Source: Desulfosoma sp. (GTDB taxonomy: Bacteria > Desulfobacterota > Syntrophobacteria > Syntrophobacterales > DSM-9756). From it: a stretch of 64,000 bases of DNA. Where the stretch lies: NCBI GenBank assembly GCA_037481835.1, contig JBBFKW010000003.1, positions 160,001 through 224,000 of the forward strand, given 5' to 3'. This document shows, one piece after another, positions 1 through 8,736 of the stretch. The position numbers were made by a program, and so were the translations under genes. Within the stretch, counting starts at the first letter, position 1; each line of letters begins with the position of its first letter. The notes beneath the pieces were generated by a model. The model made no database searches. It saw only the letters and a program-made list of their open reading frames with translations, and was not told the origin of the DNA.

Positions 1-67
1 CGGCCCAGGCCATCACCGAATGGGTGGTGCCCAAATCCACACCGACAACGCAAGGAGAATCCGACAA
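1..67 (-). CDS. Hsp70-family (DnaK-like) protein, 5' end only (runs off the window edge)
   Basis: Minus strand: SD AAGGAGG (73-79), then TTG at 67 giving MSDSPCVVGVDLGTTHSVMAWA, which matches the Hsp70 phosphate-1 motif G(I/V)DLGTT. Lies downstream of DUF2760, a usual neighbour of Hsp70-like genes. Not in the ORF track. Confidence 0.85.
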   Translation of the reverse strand, partial: MSDSPCVVGVDLGTTHSVMAWA

Positions 68-102
68 CAAAACCTCCTTATGAAAATCCTGAGAAAACCG
101 AC

Positions 103-253
103 GTTGGGGTTCGCTTCGCTTACCCCAGCCTACGAATTATGGAATGGCGGCCGGCGAGATGTGGGTTGGGGTTCGCTTCGCTTACCCCAACCTACGAATT
201 ATGGAATGGCGGCCGGCGAGATGTAGGTTGGGGTGAGCGCAGCGAACCCCAAC
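103..253. repeat. GTAG-type REP triplet: REP(-) 103-133, double-ended REP 161-195, REP(+) 223-253, with a duplicated 27-bp spacer
   Basis: Consensus GTAGGTTGGGGTGAGCG(A/C)AGCGAACCCCAAC (palindromic arms GTTGGGG/CCCCAAC). Spacer GAATTATGGAATGGCGGCCGGCGAGAT is identical at 134-160 and 196-222. Confidence 0.9.
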
Positions 254-350
254 ACCATTCATTCCCCCCGGGAACGAGCGCCGAGAAACGCCGCATCCCC
301 CAGAGGAAACGCCCCTATCGATCCCGGGACTCGCCATCCCGCCGCCCGTC

Positions 351-1148
351 TTACTCCTCGGCGACGATTTCCACTTCTGCCGGGGCGACGATCCGTTTCG
401 TGCCCACCTGGGCCGTGAACGTCGGAAGCTGCACCTTTCGTATGCGCCACCCTCGATGCCGAAGCACACCGCGAAAAGGCGGATCTCCGGACACATTTCC
501 CGTAAGGCGCACGGCCGCCGGGTCGAACCCGGACGGCACGGTCACCACGGACCCTTCCTCCTGGGCCATGACGGCTTCCAACTCCACGCATTCGGCCAAA
601 GCCGCCTTGCACGATTCATGGATGCTGCGCACCGCGGCGCCGATCTGGGCATCTTCGTAGCGGTTGAGGTCCTCTTCGAGAAAATCGATGAACCGCCCTT
701 GGCGCTGGAGCACGGAAAGCATTTGGACCGCTCCTACGGCCTTGGGGTCCATATCGTCCGGGAGCACTTCGGTGTCCTTGGGTGCGGGTTTTTGCGCCGA
801 AACCTTCACCGGGGCAACCGCGCGGGAAGCCGCGACCGCCAAATCCACGGCGCGCCGCCCCATGGCCTGAACGACGATCCAAAGAAACAGAATGGCGACG
901 CCGCCAAACCCAAAGATCACGGCGGGAAGATATCGCATCGCCTGCCGGATCAGCCCTTCCATGCGGATCAAGGCCGCGGCCGATTCCGGCGCCGCAGCCC
1001 CCCCTTGGCTCCCGAGAAACGGCTGGAGGTGCGCAAGGAGGCTCTGGAGCAGGTCCCGGCCCATCCAGAAAAAGGCGGCGAGCACCACGCCCTGAAAGAG
1101 CACGCAGGCGATGAGGGTTTGCAGGGTCAGTTTGGCTTTGGGTTGCAT
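351..1148 (-). CDS. DUF2760 domain-containing membrane protein
   Basis: Two N-terminal hydrophobic helices, then LQRQGRFIDFLEEDL...DAQIGAAVRSIHESC...VRLTGNVSGDPPFRGVLRHRGW...APAEVE. Start taken at MQPKAK with a GGAGG SD. Confidence 0.85.
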   Translation of the reverse strand: MQPKAKLTLQTLIACVLFQGVVLAAFFWMGRDLLQSLLAHLQPFLGSQGGAAAPESAAALIRMEGLIRQAMRYLPAVIFGFGGVAILFLWIVVQAMGRRAVDLAVAASRAVAPVKVSAQKPAPKDTEVLPDDMDPKAVGAVQMLSVLQRQGRFIDFLEEDLNRYEDAQIGAAVRSIHESCKAALAECVELEAVMAQEEGSVVTVPSGFDPAAVRLTGNVSGDPPFRGVLRHRGWRIRKVQLPTFTAQVGTKRIVAPAEVEIVAEE

Positions 1149-1248
1149 GGTCGTCCTCCCCATTTCCCGTGGGTATGGTCTTTGCGGGTTGCAAGGCTCT
1201 GTAGATTACAGAAAGAGTCCCGCCGAAACAAGCGGCCGCGCCGTTTTT

Positions 1249-2550
1249 TTACAGGAGCCGCTGAAGCAGGAAAAAGTAGGCCGTGCTGCAGGCGAGCAGC
1301 ACCGCACAGGGACGGGCCACAAGCCGCAGGACCTTGATGAGGGATGTGCCGAAGTACTCGTTGGAAAGAAGCAGGCACAGATGCAAAGGGGACAAAAGCA
1401 CCCCGACGAACCCGCTCACCAGCGCGAGCATCATGTAGCCCAGGATCCCGTGCGTTTCGCCGAAGCCGTGGATGAGGGAGATGAGGATGGGAAAAGTGGT
1501 GCCCACGAAGGCGATGGTGATCCCCACGACCATGCCCACAAGGAACGGCAAGATGACCGTGATGGGCATGAGCGGGATTTTCATGGCGAGAAGTTCGCGA
1601 CTGATGGCTTCCACGGCATGGGCGTCTTCCAGGATGCCTTTGAAGACGAGGATGGATCCCACCATGTAGAACATATCCCAGAGCTGGCGGCGTTTGAGGA
1701 TGCGGAGCCGTTCCGCGGCCGAAAGGTTGCCGCGGTGCCAGACCCAGAGGATGCTCGCCCCGAGGGCTGCGATGAGGCCCAATTCCTTGGCGACGGTTAT
1801 TTCCCTGGGAAAGGTCATGGATAGGACGAAGCCCAGGCCCAGCCCTCCGAAAATGACCAGGGCGATGGGCGCCAGTTCCCTCAAAAACGGCCGAAGGGGG
1901 GGCCGCCCTGTTTGCCCGGCGCCGTTCGATGGGTTGGAAGGGCCGGCGACTTCGGCGGCGAAAGACAGAGGAAGATACCCCGCCGCGACCGCCACGACCG
2001 TCATGGGGAAAAGGGCGAGGACGAACACCCACAGGTCCAAGCCGGCCAGCGTGGTCGTGAGAAGGACGCCGGGGTAAAGGGGCCACCAGTATTCCCAGAC
2101 GTGCCGAAACCAGTAGTTGATGTAGCTCAGCTGATCCCCGGAGAAGCGAAAGGCGCGCCCGAGGGTTTTGACCATGGGCGCGGAAAAGATGGCGCCTCCG
2201 GGCATGGGCAAAAGCCCGATCAGGGACGGAAAGATCACGAGATTGAGCTGCGGCGTGCGCACCAGGCCCTGGAAACTGGAAAGCAGCCGTTCCATCTGGC
2301 CCACGGCTTCCAGGCTGTGGCTGAGCACCAGGATGAGCGAGACGATGGCCGCAAGGGACAGGGTCTTGGCGTGGGTGAAAGAATGAAAGACGGAGACGGC
2401 CACATCCCCGGGCCCCATGGAAAAGAGAAATCCCAGGGCAACGGAGCCGAAAAAGAAGGCGTTTCCCAAGGACACCTTCTTTCGAATGGCCAAAAGAATG
2501 GCGAAGAAGACGATGAGCACCCGCACCAGGGCGGGCCAATGATCCGGCAT
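1249..2550 (-). CDS. DUF401 family integral membrane protein
   Basis: Highly hydrophobic, with motifs PSLIGLLPMPGGAIFSAPMV, INYWFRHVWEYWWPLYPG and LLSPLHLCL. Start at MPDHW with a GGGAG SD; the upstream extension of the ORF runs into repeats. Confidence 0.85.
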   Translation of the reverse strand: MPDHWPALVRVLIVFFAILLAIRKKVSLGNAFFFGSVALGFLFSMGPGDVAVSVFHSFTHAKTLSLAAIVSLILVLSHSLEAVGQMERLLSSFQGLVRTPQLNLVIFPSLIGLLPMPGGAIFSAPMVKTLGRAFRFSGDQLSYINYWFRHVWEYWWPLYPGVLLTTTLAGLDLWVFVLALFPMTVVAVAAGYLPLSFAAEVAGPSNPSNGAGQTGRPPLRPFLRELAPIALVIFGGLGLGFVLSMTFPREITVAKELGLIAALGASILWVWHRGNLSAAERLRILKRRQLWDMFYMVGSILVFKGILEDAHAVEAISRELLAMKIPLMPITVILPFLVGMVVGITIAFVGTTFPILISLIHGFGETHGILGYMMLALVSGFVGVLLSPLHLCLLLSNEYFGTSLIKVLRLVARPCAVLLACSTAYFFLLQRLL

Positions 2551-2580
2551 GATCAACACTCCCAGCGCCACAATTCCCCT

Positions 2581-2849
2581 TTCCCCGACAACTCCACCGG
2601 CCGCGAACCCCGCCCCACCCCGTCCCACCCCCCTTCACCTATGCCCATGCAACCCACGTGTCCACGTAGGTTGGGGTGAGCGAAGCGAACCCCAACAATC
2701 CCCCCCTTCCCCGACAACTCCACGGGCCGCGAACCCCACCACCGCCCGCTTCCAACCCCCTTCCCCCATGCCCATGCAACCCACATGGCCACGTAGGTTG
2801 GGGTGAGCGAAGCGAACCCCAACACCCCTCCGTTCCCCGACAACTCCAC
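2581..2849. repeat. Tandem 126-bp unit (~2.1 copies), each full copy carrying one REP(+) (2666-2696, 2793-2823)
   Basis: TTCCCCGACAACTCCAC recurs at 2581, 2707 and 2833. ATGCCCATGCAACCCAC precedes each REP. Confidence 0.9.
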
Positions 2850-2859
2850 CGGGACGGGA

Positions 2860-3996
2860 TCACAACCTGCCCCACGATCGCACCGCCTGCACGAGGAAGT
2901 CTCGAAACCGGTCCGAATCCGACCCGAAATCCAAATCCAGGGCGGCATAGACGGCCCGTTGCGCAAGCTTCGGCGGGAGGCGCACCGCATCCTTTTCCGT
3001 GGTGACGATCCATCGCGCACCGGTTTTGCCGAGCGCCTGAAGAAGGCCCTGCTCATCCCGAGGCGTCCACCGATGGTGGTCTGCAAAAGCGAAACGCCGA
3101 AGGCACGGGATTCCCAGGGCGTCCAGAGCCCAAAAGAATCGCTCCGGCCGGGCGATTCCCGAAACGGCGATGCACGGGCCTCGGAAAAGGTCTTCCGGCG
3201 GCCCCGGAATGAAGGCCTGCCCGAAAGGGGGCGCCGCCGCGCCTGGGGGAGAGGCCGCAGCGTGGAAAAAACCGCCGAGGACGGGCCTCGCGTGAAAAAC
3301 GGGTTTTCCCAAAAGAGGCCCTTGGCGCAGGATGTCGGCCCCCGACGCTGAACTTTGCGCATTCCCGACGAAAATGGCCGCATGGGCCCGGGTGAGGCTT
3401 TCCGGCGGTTCCCGCAGAGGGCCCGCCGGCAGAAGCCTGCCGTTTCCCGTCGGGCGGGCCGCATCCAAAACGAGCAGATCCAGGTCGCGATGGAGCTGCA
3501 CGTGCTGGAAGCCGTCGTCCAAAACAAACACATCCGGTCCATCGTGGACGACGGCCCGCATGCCCGCTTTCCAGCGGTCCGCGCCGACCCAGACGGACGT
3601 CCAAGGAAGGCGGCGCGCCAAGAGCACCGGTTCGTCGCCGTAACGCTCGGCGCTCTTGTGGAGAGGCCCTTCAAGGCGCACCTTTTCCGCGCCCCGCCCC
3701 CGGCGGCCGTAGCCGCGAGTCAAGACGGCCGTGGAAAAGCCCGCTTGATACAATGTTCGAGCGATCCAGAGCACCGCCGGCGTCTTTCCCGTGCCGCCCA
3801 CGGTGATGTTCCCCACGCTGATGACGCAGCGCGGAAGCCTTTGCCGGCGTCGCAGGCGCCTTGCCTGGTCGCAGCGAAGCAGGCCCTTGTAAAGAGCCTC
3901 CAACGGGGCGAGGAAGCCGGCGGCAAGGCGGCCTCGTAAGGATCCCACCGGCTCCTCCCACAGCGATGGCCAGAAAGCGTGCCCTCGGCCTGTCAC
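2860..3996 (-). CDS. lpxK: Tetraacyldisaccharide 4'-kinase
   Basis: VISVGNITVGGTGKTP, LTRGYG, YGDEP, LDDGFQH, LLPAGPLRE, FADHH and TTEKDAV motifs. Confidence 0.95.
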   Translation of the reverse strand: MTGRGHAFWPSLWEEPVGSLRGRLAAGFLAPLEALYKGLLRCDQARRLRRRQRLPRCVISVGNITVGGTGKTPAVLWIARTLYQAGFSTAVLTRGYGRRGRGAEKVRLEGPLHKSAERYGDEPVLLARRLPWTSVWVGADRWKAGMRAVVHDGPDVFVLDDGFQHVQLHRDLDLLVLDAARPTGNGRLLPAGPLREPPESLTRAHAAIFVGNAQSSASGADILRQGPLLGKPVFHARPVLGGFFHAAASPPGAAAPPFGQAFIPGPPEDLFRGPCIAVSGIARPERFFWALDALGIPCLRRFAFADHHRWTPRDEQGLLQALGKTGARWIVTTEKDAVRLPPKLAQRAVYAALDLDFGSDSDRFRDFLVQAVRSWGRL

Positions 3997-4280
3997 GGCT
4001 TCCCCCTTTGCGGCTTCTCCACGAGCGACTCCTTTTACCCAATCACCTCCGGGGGAACAAGCCCCTGGGATCTCGTCGGTTTACGGGAGATATGGACGGA
4101 AGGGGAGAGACCGGCCTGTGGGCGCTGAGCCTTCCCGTTCGTGGATTGTGCGGCCCTCACTGCAGGAAAACCGATATGTCACAGAGACTTTCATGCAAGA
4201 GATTCTCGCGCAAGCTCCCGGCAGTTCGAGTTTCATGCTTTGTTGTGACACCGCGACCTGCGAGCGTATCCCCGATTTTT

Positions 4281-4311
4281 GTTGGGGTTCGCTTCGCTCA
4301 CCCCAACCTAC
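4281..4311 (-). repeat. Single REP copy
   Basis: GTTGGGGTTCGCTTCGCTCACCCCAACCTAC. Confidence 0.9.
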
Positions 4312-4367
4312 GTCGCCGGCTTCATACAAGGCGGTCCTATATTCATCGTTTCCGCTCACGATGCTTT

Positions 4368-4428
4368 CTTTGCGCCTTTGCGCCTTTGCGCGAGGCCTTT
4401 TTCCCCTCGCGCCAAGCCGCCAAGGCGC
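4368..4428. repeat. Inverted pair of a short tandem motif (CTCGCGCAAAGGCGCAAAGGCGCAAAG-type)
   Basis: CTTTGCGC x3 + GAG at 4368-4394. A degenerate inverted copy, CTCGCGCCAAGCCGCCAAGGCGC, is at 4406-4428. Confidence 0.7.
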
Positions 4429-4621
4429 TATTTTCTTTCGCGTGCCCCCATCACGCGGGGCGAGACAGTGAATACAGACGCATCGCTTGGGATCCCTTTG
4501 CCTGTGCGGGATCAACTTGACAGGGCCAATTGCGAAGGGAGATAGTCTGGCGAGTCCGCCGGGGACGTGCAGGCCCCATGAGCGCGCCGAGTTTTTTCCC
4601 CGTTCCCAAGGAGGCAAGCCC

Positions 4622-5110
4622 ATGTTCAACGCCGTGGAAGTGCTCAAAATGGCCGTGCGCATTGAAGAAAACGGAGAAAAATTTTACCGCAAGGCCATGG
4701 ACATTCAGGAAGATCCCCAACTGCGGGAGATTCTTCGGGAGCTCGCAGCCGATGAGGCCCGCCATGCGCAGTGGTTTGAAGCGATGCGGGAGCGCCTCAG
4801 CCGCGAGAGCGAAGACGAGGACCGGTGGGTCCGGGAAGTGAGCGGCGATCTCCTTCAGTCCATGATCGGTGACCAAACGTTCAGCCTCAAGGAAGTGGAT
4901 CCCGAAGATCTGGACAGCGTGGAAAAGATTCTGGAAACCGCCCTGGAATTCGAAAGGGACAGCATCCTGTTCTACGATATGCTCCGCGGTTTCATGGACG
5001 AGCGGGAAAGCGCCCAGGCCTTGCAGGACATCATCGCCGAAGAGGAGCTCCATGTGGAAATCCTGGAAGCCCGCCTCAAGGTCGTGCGTTCGGTGGAGGT
5101 TTCCCGGTGA
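4622..5110 (+). CDS. Ferritin-like/rubrerythrin family protein
   Basis: AVRIEENGEKFY...LAADEARH...ALEFERDSILFY...IIAEEELH diiron motifs. SD AAGGAGG precedes ATG 4622. Confidence 0.9.
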   Translation: MFNAVEVLKMAVRIEENGEKFYRKAMDIQEDPQLREILRELAADEARHAQWFEAMRERLSRESEDEDRWVREVSGDLLQSMIGDQTFSLKEVDPEDLDSVEKILETALEFERDSILFYDMLRGFMDERESAQALQDIIAEEELHVEILEARLKVVRSVEVSR

Positions 5111-5154
5111 AAGCCCGTTGTGCGGATTTGATTGCCGTTCATTCGCGCTAGGGC

Positions 5155-6138
5155 TCATCCGCGGTCCGGGAAGGGACGTCCCAAGGCGCGGGGAGCGCGG
5201 GCGCGCACGAACCGGAGCAGCCGGTCCGCCCATGGCCGAGCGGCCGCCCAGCGTTCCACTTCGGGCCTTTGGCCCAAGTGCATGAAGACCAGGGTGAAAA
5301 TCATGAGCGGGAAAGGGGCCGTCTGGAACACCTGGGACGGGACGGACGGCCAGATTCCCTGAAAGGTGATGCCGAGCATCTGGAGCACGGCGAAGAGATA
5401 GGCTCCGGCGGCCACCTTCAGGGGGTGCCATCCGCCGAAAATGACCAGCGCCAAAGCGATCCACCCCATGCCTTCGGCTCCCTGGGGCTGCCCCCAGCCC
5501 GGCTTCACACTCAACGAAAAGGCCGCCCCGGCCAGCCCCACCAAGACCCCACCGACCAGGGCATAAAAGACCTGCACATGCCGGGCGTTGATGCCTCGAG
5601 CGAAAGCCGCCTGGGGGTTTTCCCCCACGGCTCTCAAGACCAAGCCCGCTCGAGTCCGGTACAGGAAAAACCATGTCACGGCGACGGCCGCAACGGCCCC
5701 GTAGGTGATCAGAGTGTGCCGGAACAGGGCCGGGCCCACCCACGGCAGAACGTCCAGGCCCGGCACGGGAAAAACGGGCGCCTGGGGCCCGGGAATGCGC
5801 GCATAGGAGTTTCCCAAAAAGTAGGCCAGATCTTTGGTCATCAAGGTCAGGACGAAACCCACGGCCACCTGGGATTGGCCGAGATAGAGGCTCATCAGGG
5901 CCACCACGGCCGCCGTGGCCGCCCCTACGGCCGCTCCGGCGGCGAATCCGGCCAGGAGACTCCCGGTTTCCACCGCCGCGGCAAAACCCGCCATGGCCGA
6001 AAGGAGGATGGTGCCGTCCAAGGAGAGATTGATCAGGCCCGCCTTTTCCGTGAGGGTTTCACCCAAGGACGCCAGAACCAAGGGTGCCGCTCCCGCCAGA
6101 AGACTGGCCGCGAAAAGAGACAGGGGCCACTCGCTCAT
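5155..6138 (-). CDS. ABC transporter permease (BMP/nucleoside-sugar type)
   Basis: LASLGETLTEKAGLINLSLDG, LRAVGENPQAA and GMGWIALALVIFGGW. ATG overlaps the TGA of the upstream permease (ATGA). Confidence 0.9.
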   Translation of the reverse strand: MSEWPLSLFAASLLAGAAPLVLASLGETLTEKAGLINLSLDGTILLSAMAGFAAAVETGSLLAGFAAGAAVGAATAAVVALMSLYLGQSQVAVGFVLTLMTKDLAYFLGNSYARIPGPQAPVFPVPGLDVLPWVGPALFRHTLITYGAVAAVAVTWFFLYRTRAGLVLRAVGENPQAAFARGINARHVQVFYALVGGVLVGLAGAAFSLSVKPGWGQPQGAEGMGWIALALVIFGGWHPLKVAAGAYLFAVLQMLGITFQGIWPSVPSQVFQTAPFPLMIFTLVFMHLGQRPEVERWAAARPWADRLLRFVRARAPRALGRPFPDRG

Positions 6139-7172
6139 GACGCCGTCCTCCGCCGCCATGCCGCCCCCTGGACCGCCAAAGCCGCCAGGACAAGGCTCCC
6201 TTGAATGACCCCTGCAAGGGACGAATCCATGCGCAGCATCATGGGCAGCTGGATGCTTCCCACGTTCAAGGCTGCAAAGAAAAAGGCGATGAACGGGATG
6301 CCCTGCCATCGGTATCCGGCGAGCATCACCACGAGCAGGGCCAGGTAGCCGTATTGGCTGGAGATGTTGGGGATGAGCCGGTGATAGACGGCGAGGACCT
6401 GGTACGCCCCGGCCAGGCCCGCCAGACCCCCGGCGAGCATCATGGCCAGAAGCATCCACCGCCGGGGGCTCAGGCCCAAGAGGTAGGCCGCCTGTTCGTT
6501 TCGGCCGATGGCCTTGAGGGCCAGGCCCAACCGGGTGGCCCGTAGGGTCCAGGCGACCGCTCCCAGGAGCACCACGGCGGCCGCCGCAGCATAAGGGGAA
6601 ACGGCCCAGCCGCCCGCCGTGGGAAACCAATAGTTTTCCGGGAAGGTTTCCGTGCCGCTCATGGAGGCGATCCCCGGCTGCTTCCACGGCCCGAAGATGA
6701 GCCACAACTGCAGGCCCGTGGCCACGAAGTTGAGCCCCAAGCCCGCAAAGATTTCGTTGACGCCGGCTCGTGTCTTCAAAATGCCGGCCGCCAGAGCCCA
6801 CAGGCCCCCGCACAAAACGGCGCCCGCCAAGGCTGCGGGGACGACCCATTGGGGCGGGGCTCCCAGCCCCCAGCGGATCAGGGCGGTGGCGCCCAGGGCG
6901 CCCAAGACGACCTGGCCTTCCACCCCGATGTTCCACAACCCGATCTGAAAGGTGTAGAGCAGGCCCAAGGCGCACAAGGTGAGCGGCACCCAGACGCGAA
7001 GGACCTGGGTGAGCTTGGCCCAGGATCCCAGGGACCCCACGATGAGGTGCCGGTAGGCTTCCAGGGGGGAGGCGCCGCCCAGGGCCACCACGGCGGAACT
7101 CAGGCCCAAAGCCAGAAGAATCGTCCAAAGAAAGCGCTGGGCGGCGTGTGCGAGACTCGGCGGCGGTGTCAT
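6135..7172 (-). CDS. ABC transporter permease (BMP/nucleoside-sugar type)
   Basis: GLWNIGVEGQ, GVNEIF and LKAIGRNEQAA motifs; hydrophobic. Confidence 0.9.
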   Translation of the reverse strand: MTPPPSLAHAAQRFLWTILLALGLSSAVVALGGASPLEAYRHLIVGSLGSWAKLTQVLRVWVPLTLCALGLLYTFQIGLWNIGVEGQVVLGALGATALIRWGLGAPPQWVVPAALAGAVLCGGLWALAAGILKTRAGVNEIFAGLGLNFVATGLQLWLIFGPWKQPGIASMSGTETFPENYWFPTAGGWAVSPYAAAAAVVLLGAVAWTLRATRLGLALKAIGRNEQAAYLLGLSPRRWMLLAMMLAGGLAGLAGAYQVLAVYHRLIPNISSQYGYLALLVVMLAGYRWQGIPFIAFFFAALNVGSIQLPMMLRMDSSLAGVIQGSLVLAALAVQGAAWRRRTAS

Positions 7173-7188
7173 AAAGTGTGTTCCCGTT

Positions 7189-8655
7189 TCAAGAAATCAC
7201 GCGCCCGGCGATGGCGCTTCCCAAAAGATCCGGGTGGGCGCTTTCGGCGTCCACGTCCAGGACGATCCGGCCGTTGTAAAAGACGAGGACGCGGTCCGCG
7301 GTCATGAGAATCTCGTCCAATTCGGCGGAACTGAAGACGATGGTCGCGCCATCGTCGGCGAGACGGAGCAGGTGTTCCCACACCCAATAGGTGGATTCCA
7401 CGTCCAGCCCCCGCGTGGGCTGTTCGAGGAGCAACACGGACGCTTCGGGCGGGATGAGGGAAAGAAGGAGCCGCTGCTGGTTTCCGCCCGAAAGGGCGTC
7501 GGCTGCGGACTCGGGACGGCCTCGAATCCGAAACCGTTCCACCCGTTCCTCGGCCGTGCGGCGTGCAGTGACCCACGGGACGCAGAGCTTCGGGGCGCAC
7601 GCCGCCAGGGCGAAATGGTCCGTAAGGGTCAGCCCGGCGATAAGCCCTTCTTCCAGGCGTCCTTCCGGCACGAAGGCCACACCGCGGCGCCGGAAGGCGT
7701 GATAATCCCATCCGGTGAGGTCCTTTCCGAAAAGGTGGATGGATCCTTCAAGAGGCGGCTGCAACCCGGCGGCCAGGCGCAGGAACACTCCCTGGCCACT
7801 TCCTTCCAGCCCGGCGAGCCCCACGACTTCGCCTCGATGAAACGCCGCCGTGGCGTCCCGAAGCCCGGCCCGGCCGCCGAGCCCGCTCACACGGCGCAGT
7901 TCCAGCGTTTTTTCGGAAAAGGTGCGGCGCCTTTTTTCCAGAGGGGCGGGGGGAGTCCCGAACATGAGGGCCAACATGTCCTGGGCGTTGAAAGGCGCTT
8001 CCAGGGAACCCGTCACGGCCCCGTGGCGGAGCACGGTCACCCGGGAGCAGAGATTTTCCACGTCCTCCAGCTTGTGGGAAACGAGAAGAACCGTTTTCCC
8101 TTCATGGGCGAGCCGCCTCAGGGCGCGGAACAGGAGCTCTTTTTGCTCCGGGGAGATCCCCGTGGTGGGTTCGTCCAAGATGAGCAGGCGCGATCCCACG
8201 GACAGGAGCCGAAGGAGTTCCAGCTGCTGGCGTTCCCCGAGGGTGAGGGTTTCCAGGGGGGCTTTGGGGTCGAGGGAAAAGCCGAAATCGCGACACATCC
8301 CTTTTAGGGTATCCGCCCAGTACCGAACGCCCCTTTTGGGACGGGCCGGGCGGCCCACCATGAAATTTTCGAGGACCGTAAGCGGAGGAAAATCCAAGGG
8401 GTCCTGGTAAAGCATCCCGATGCCCAAGCGGGAGGCTTCCGCCGGGTTGGAAAACGTCACGGGGCGGCCGTCCAGGAGGATTTGGCCGTCTGAGGCGGGG
8501 ACGGCTCCGGCGAGAATCTTCATGAGGGTGCTTTTGCCGGCGCCGTTTTCGCCGAGGATGCCGTGGATGGTCCCGCCTTGGACGCGAAGATCGATGCCTC
8601 GGTTGGCATGAACCGAACCGTAGAACTTATGGATGTTTCGAAGTTCGATGTCCAT
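7189..8655 (-). CDS. ABC transporter ATP-binding protein (tandem NBD)
   Basis: Walker A GENGAGKST, LILDEPT, and a second domain with LSGGNQQR. Confidence 0.92.
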   Translation of the reverse strand: MDIELRNIHKFYGSVHANRGIDLRVQGGTIHGILGENGAGKSTLMKILAGAVPASDGQILLDGRPVTFSNPAEASRLGIGMLYQDPLDFPPLTVLENFMVGRPARPKRGVRYWADTLKGMCRDFGFSLDPKAPLETLTLGERQQLELLRLLSVGSRLLILDEPTTGISPEQKELLFRALRRLAHEGKTVLLVSHKLEDVENLCSRVTVLRHGAVTGSLEAPFNAQDMLALMFGTPPAPLEKRRRTFSEKTLELRRVSGLGGRAGLRDATAAFHRGEVVGLAGLEGSGQGVFLRLAAGLQPPLEGSIHLFGKDLTGWDYHAFRRRGVAFVPEGRLEEGLIAGLTLTDHFALAACAPKLCVPWVTARRTAEERVERFRIRGRPESAADALSGGNQQRLLLSLIPPEASVLLLEQPTRGLDVESTYWVWEHLLRLADDGATIVFSSAELDEILMTADRVLVFYNGRIVLDVDAESAHPDLLGSAIAGRVIS

Positions 8656-8736
8656 TGCGTCACTTGGGAACACAAGAGGCGGTCCACCGGTGTCCCGGCG
8701 CACCGCCTCCCGGTTCCGCCCGTTTTTCCCCGTGGG

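Noticed and set aside
103..253. Mini-CRISPR at 103-253 and 32285-32441
   Set aside because: Repeats switch orientation and the two spacers are duplicates of each other; this fits REP doublet duplication.
6139..7128. N-terminal 330 aa of the 657-aa ORF 5155..7128 as a fused permease
   Set aside because: It overlaps the real upstream permease in another frame; the true start is ATG 6138 at an ATGA overlap.
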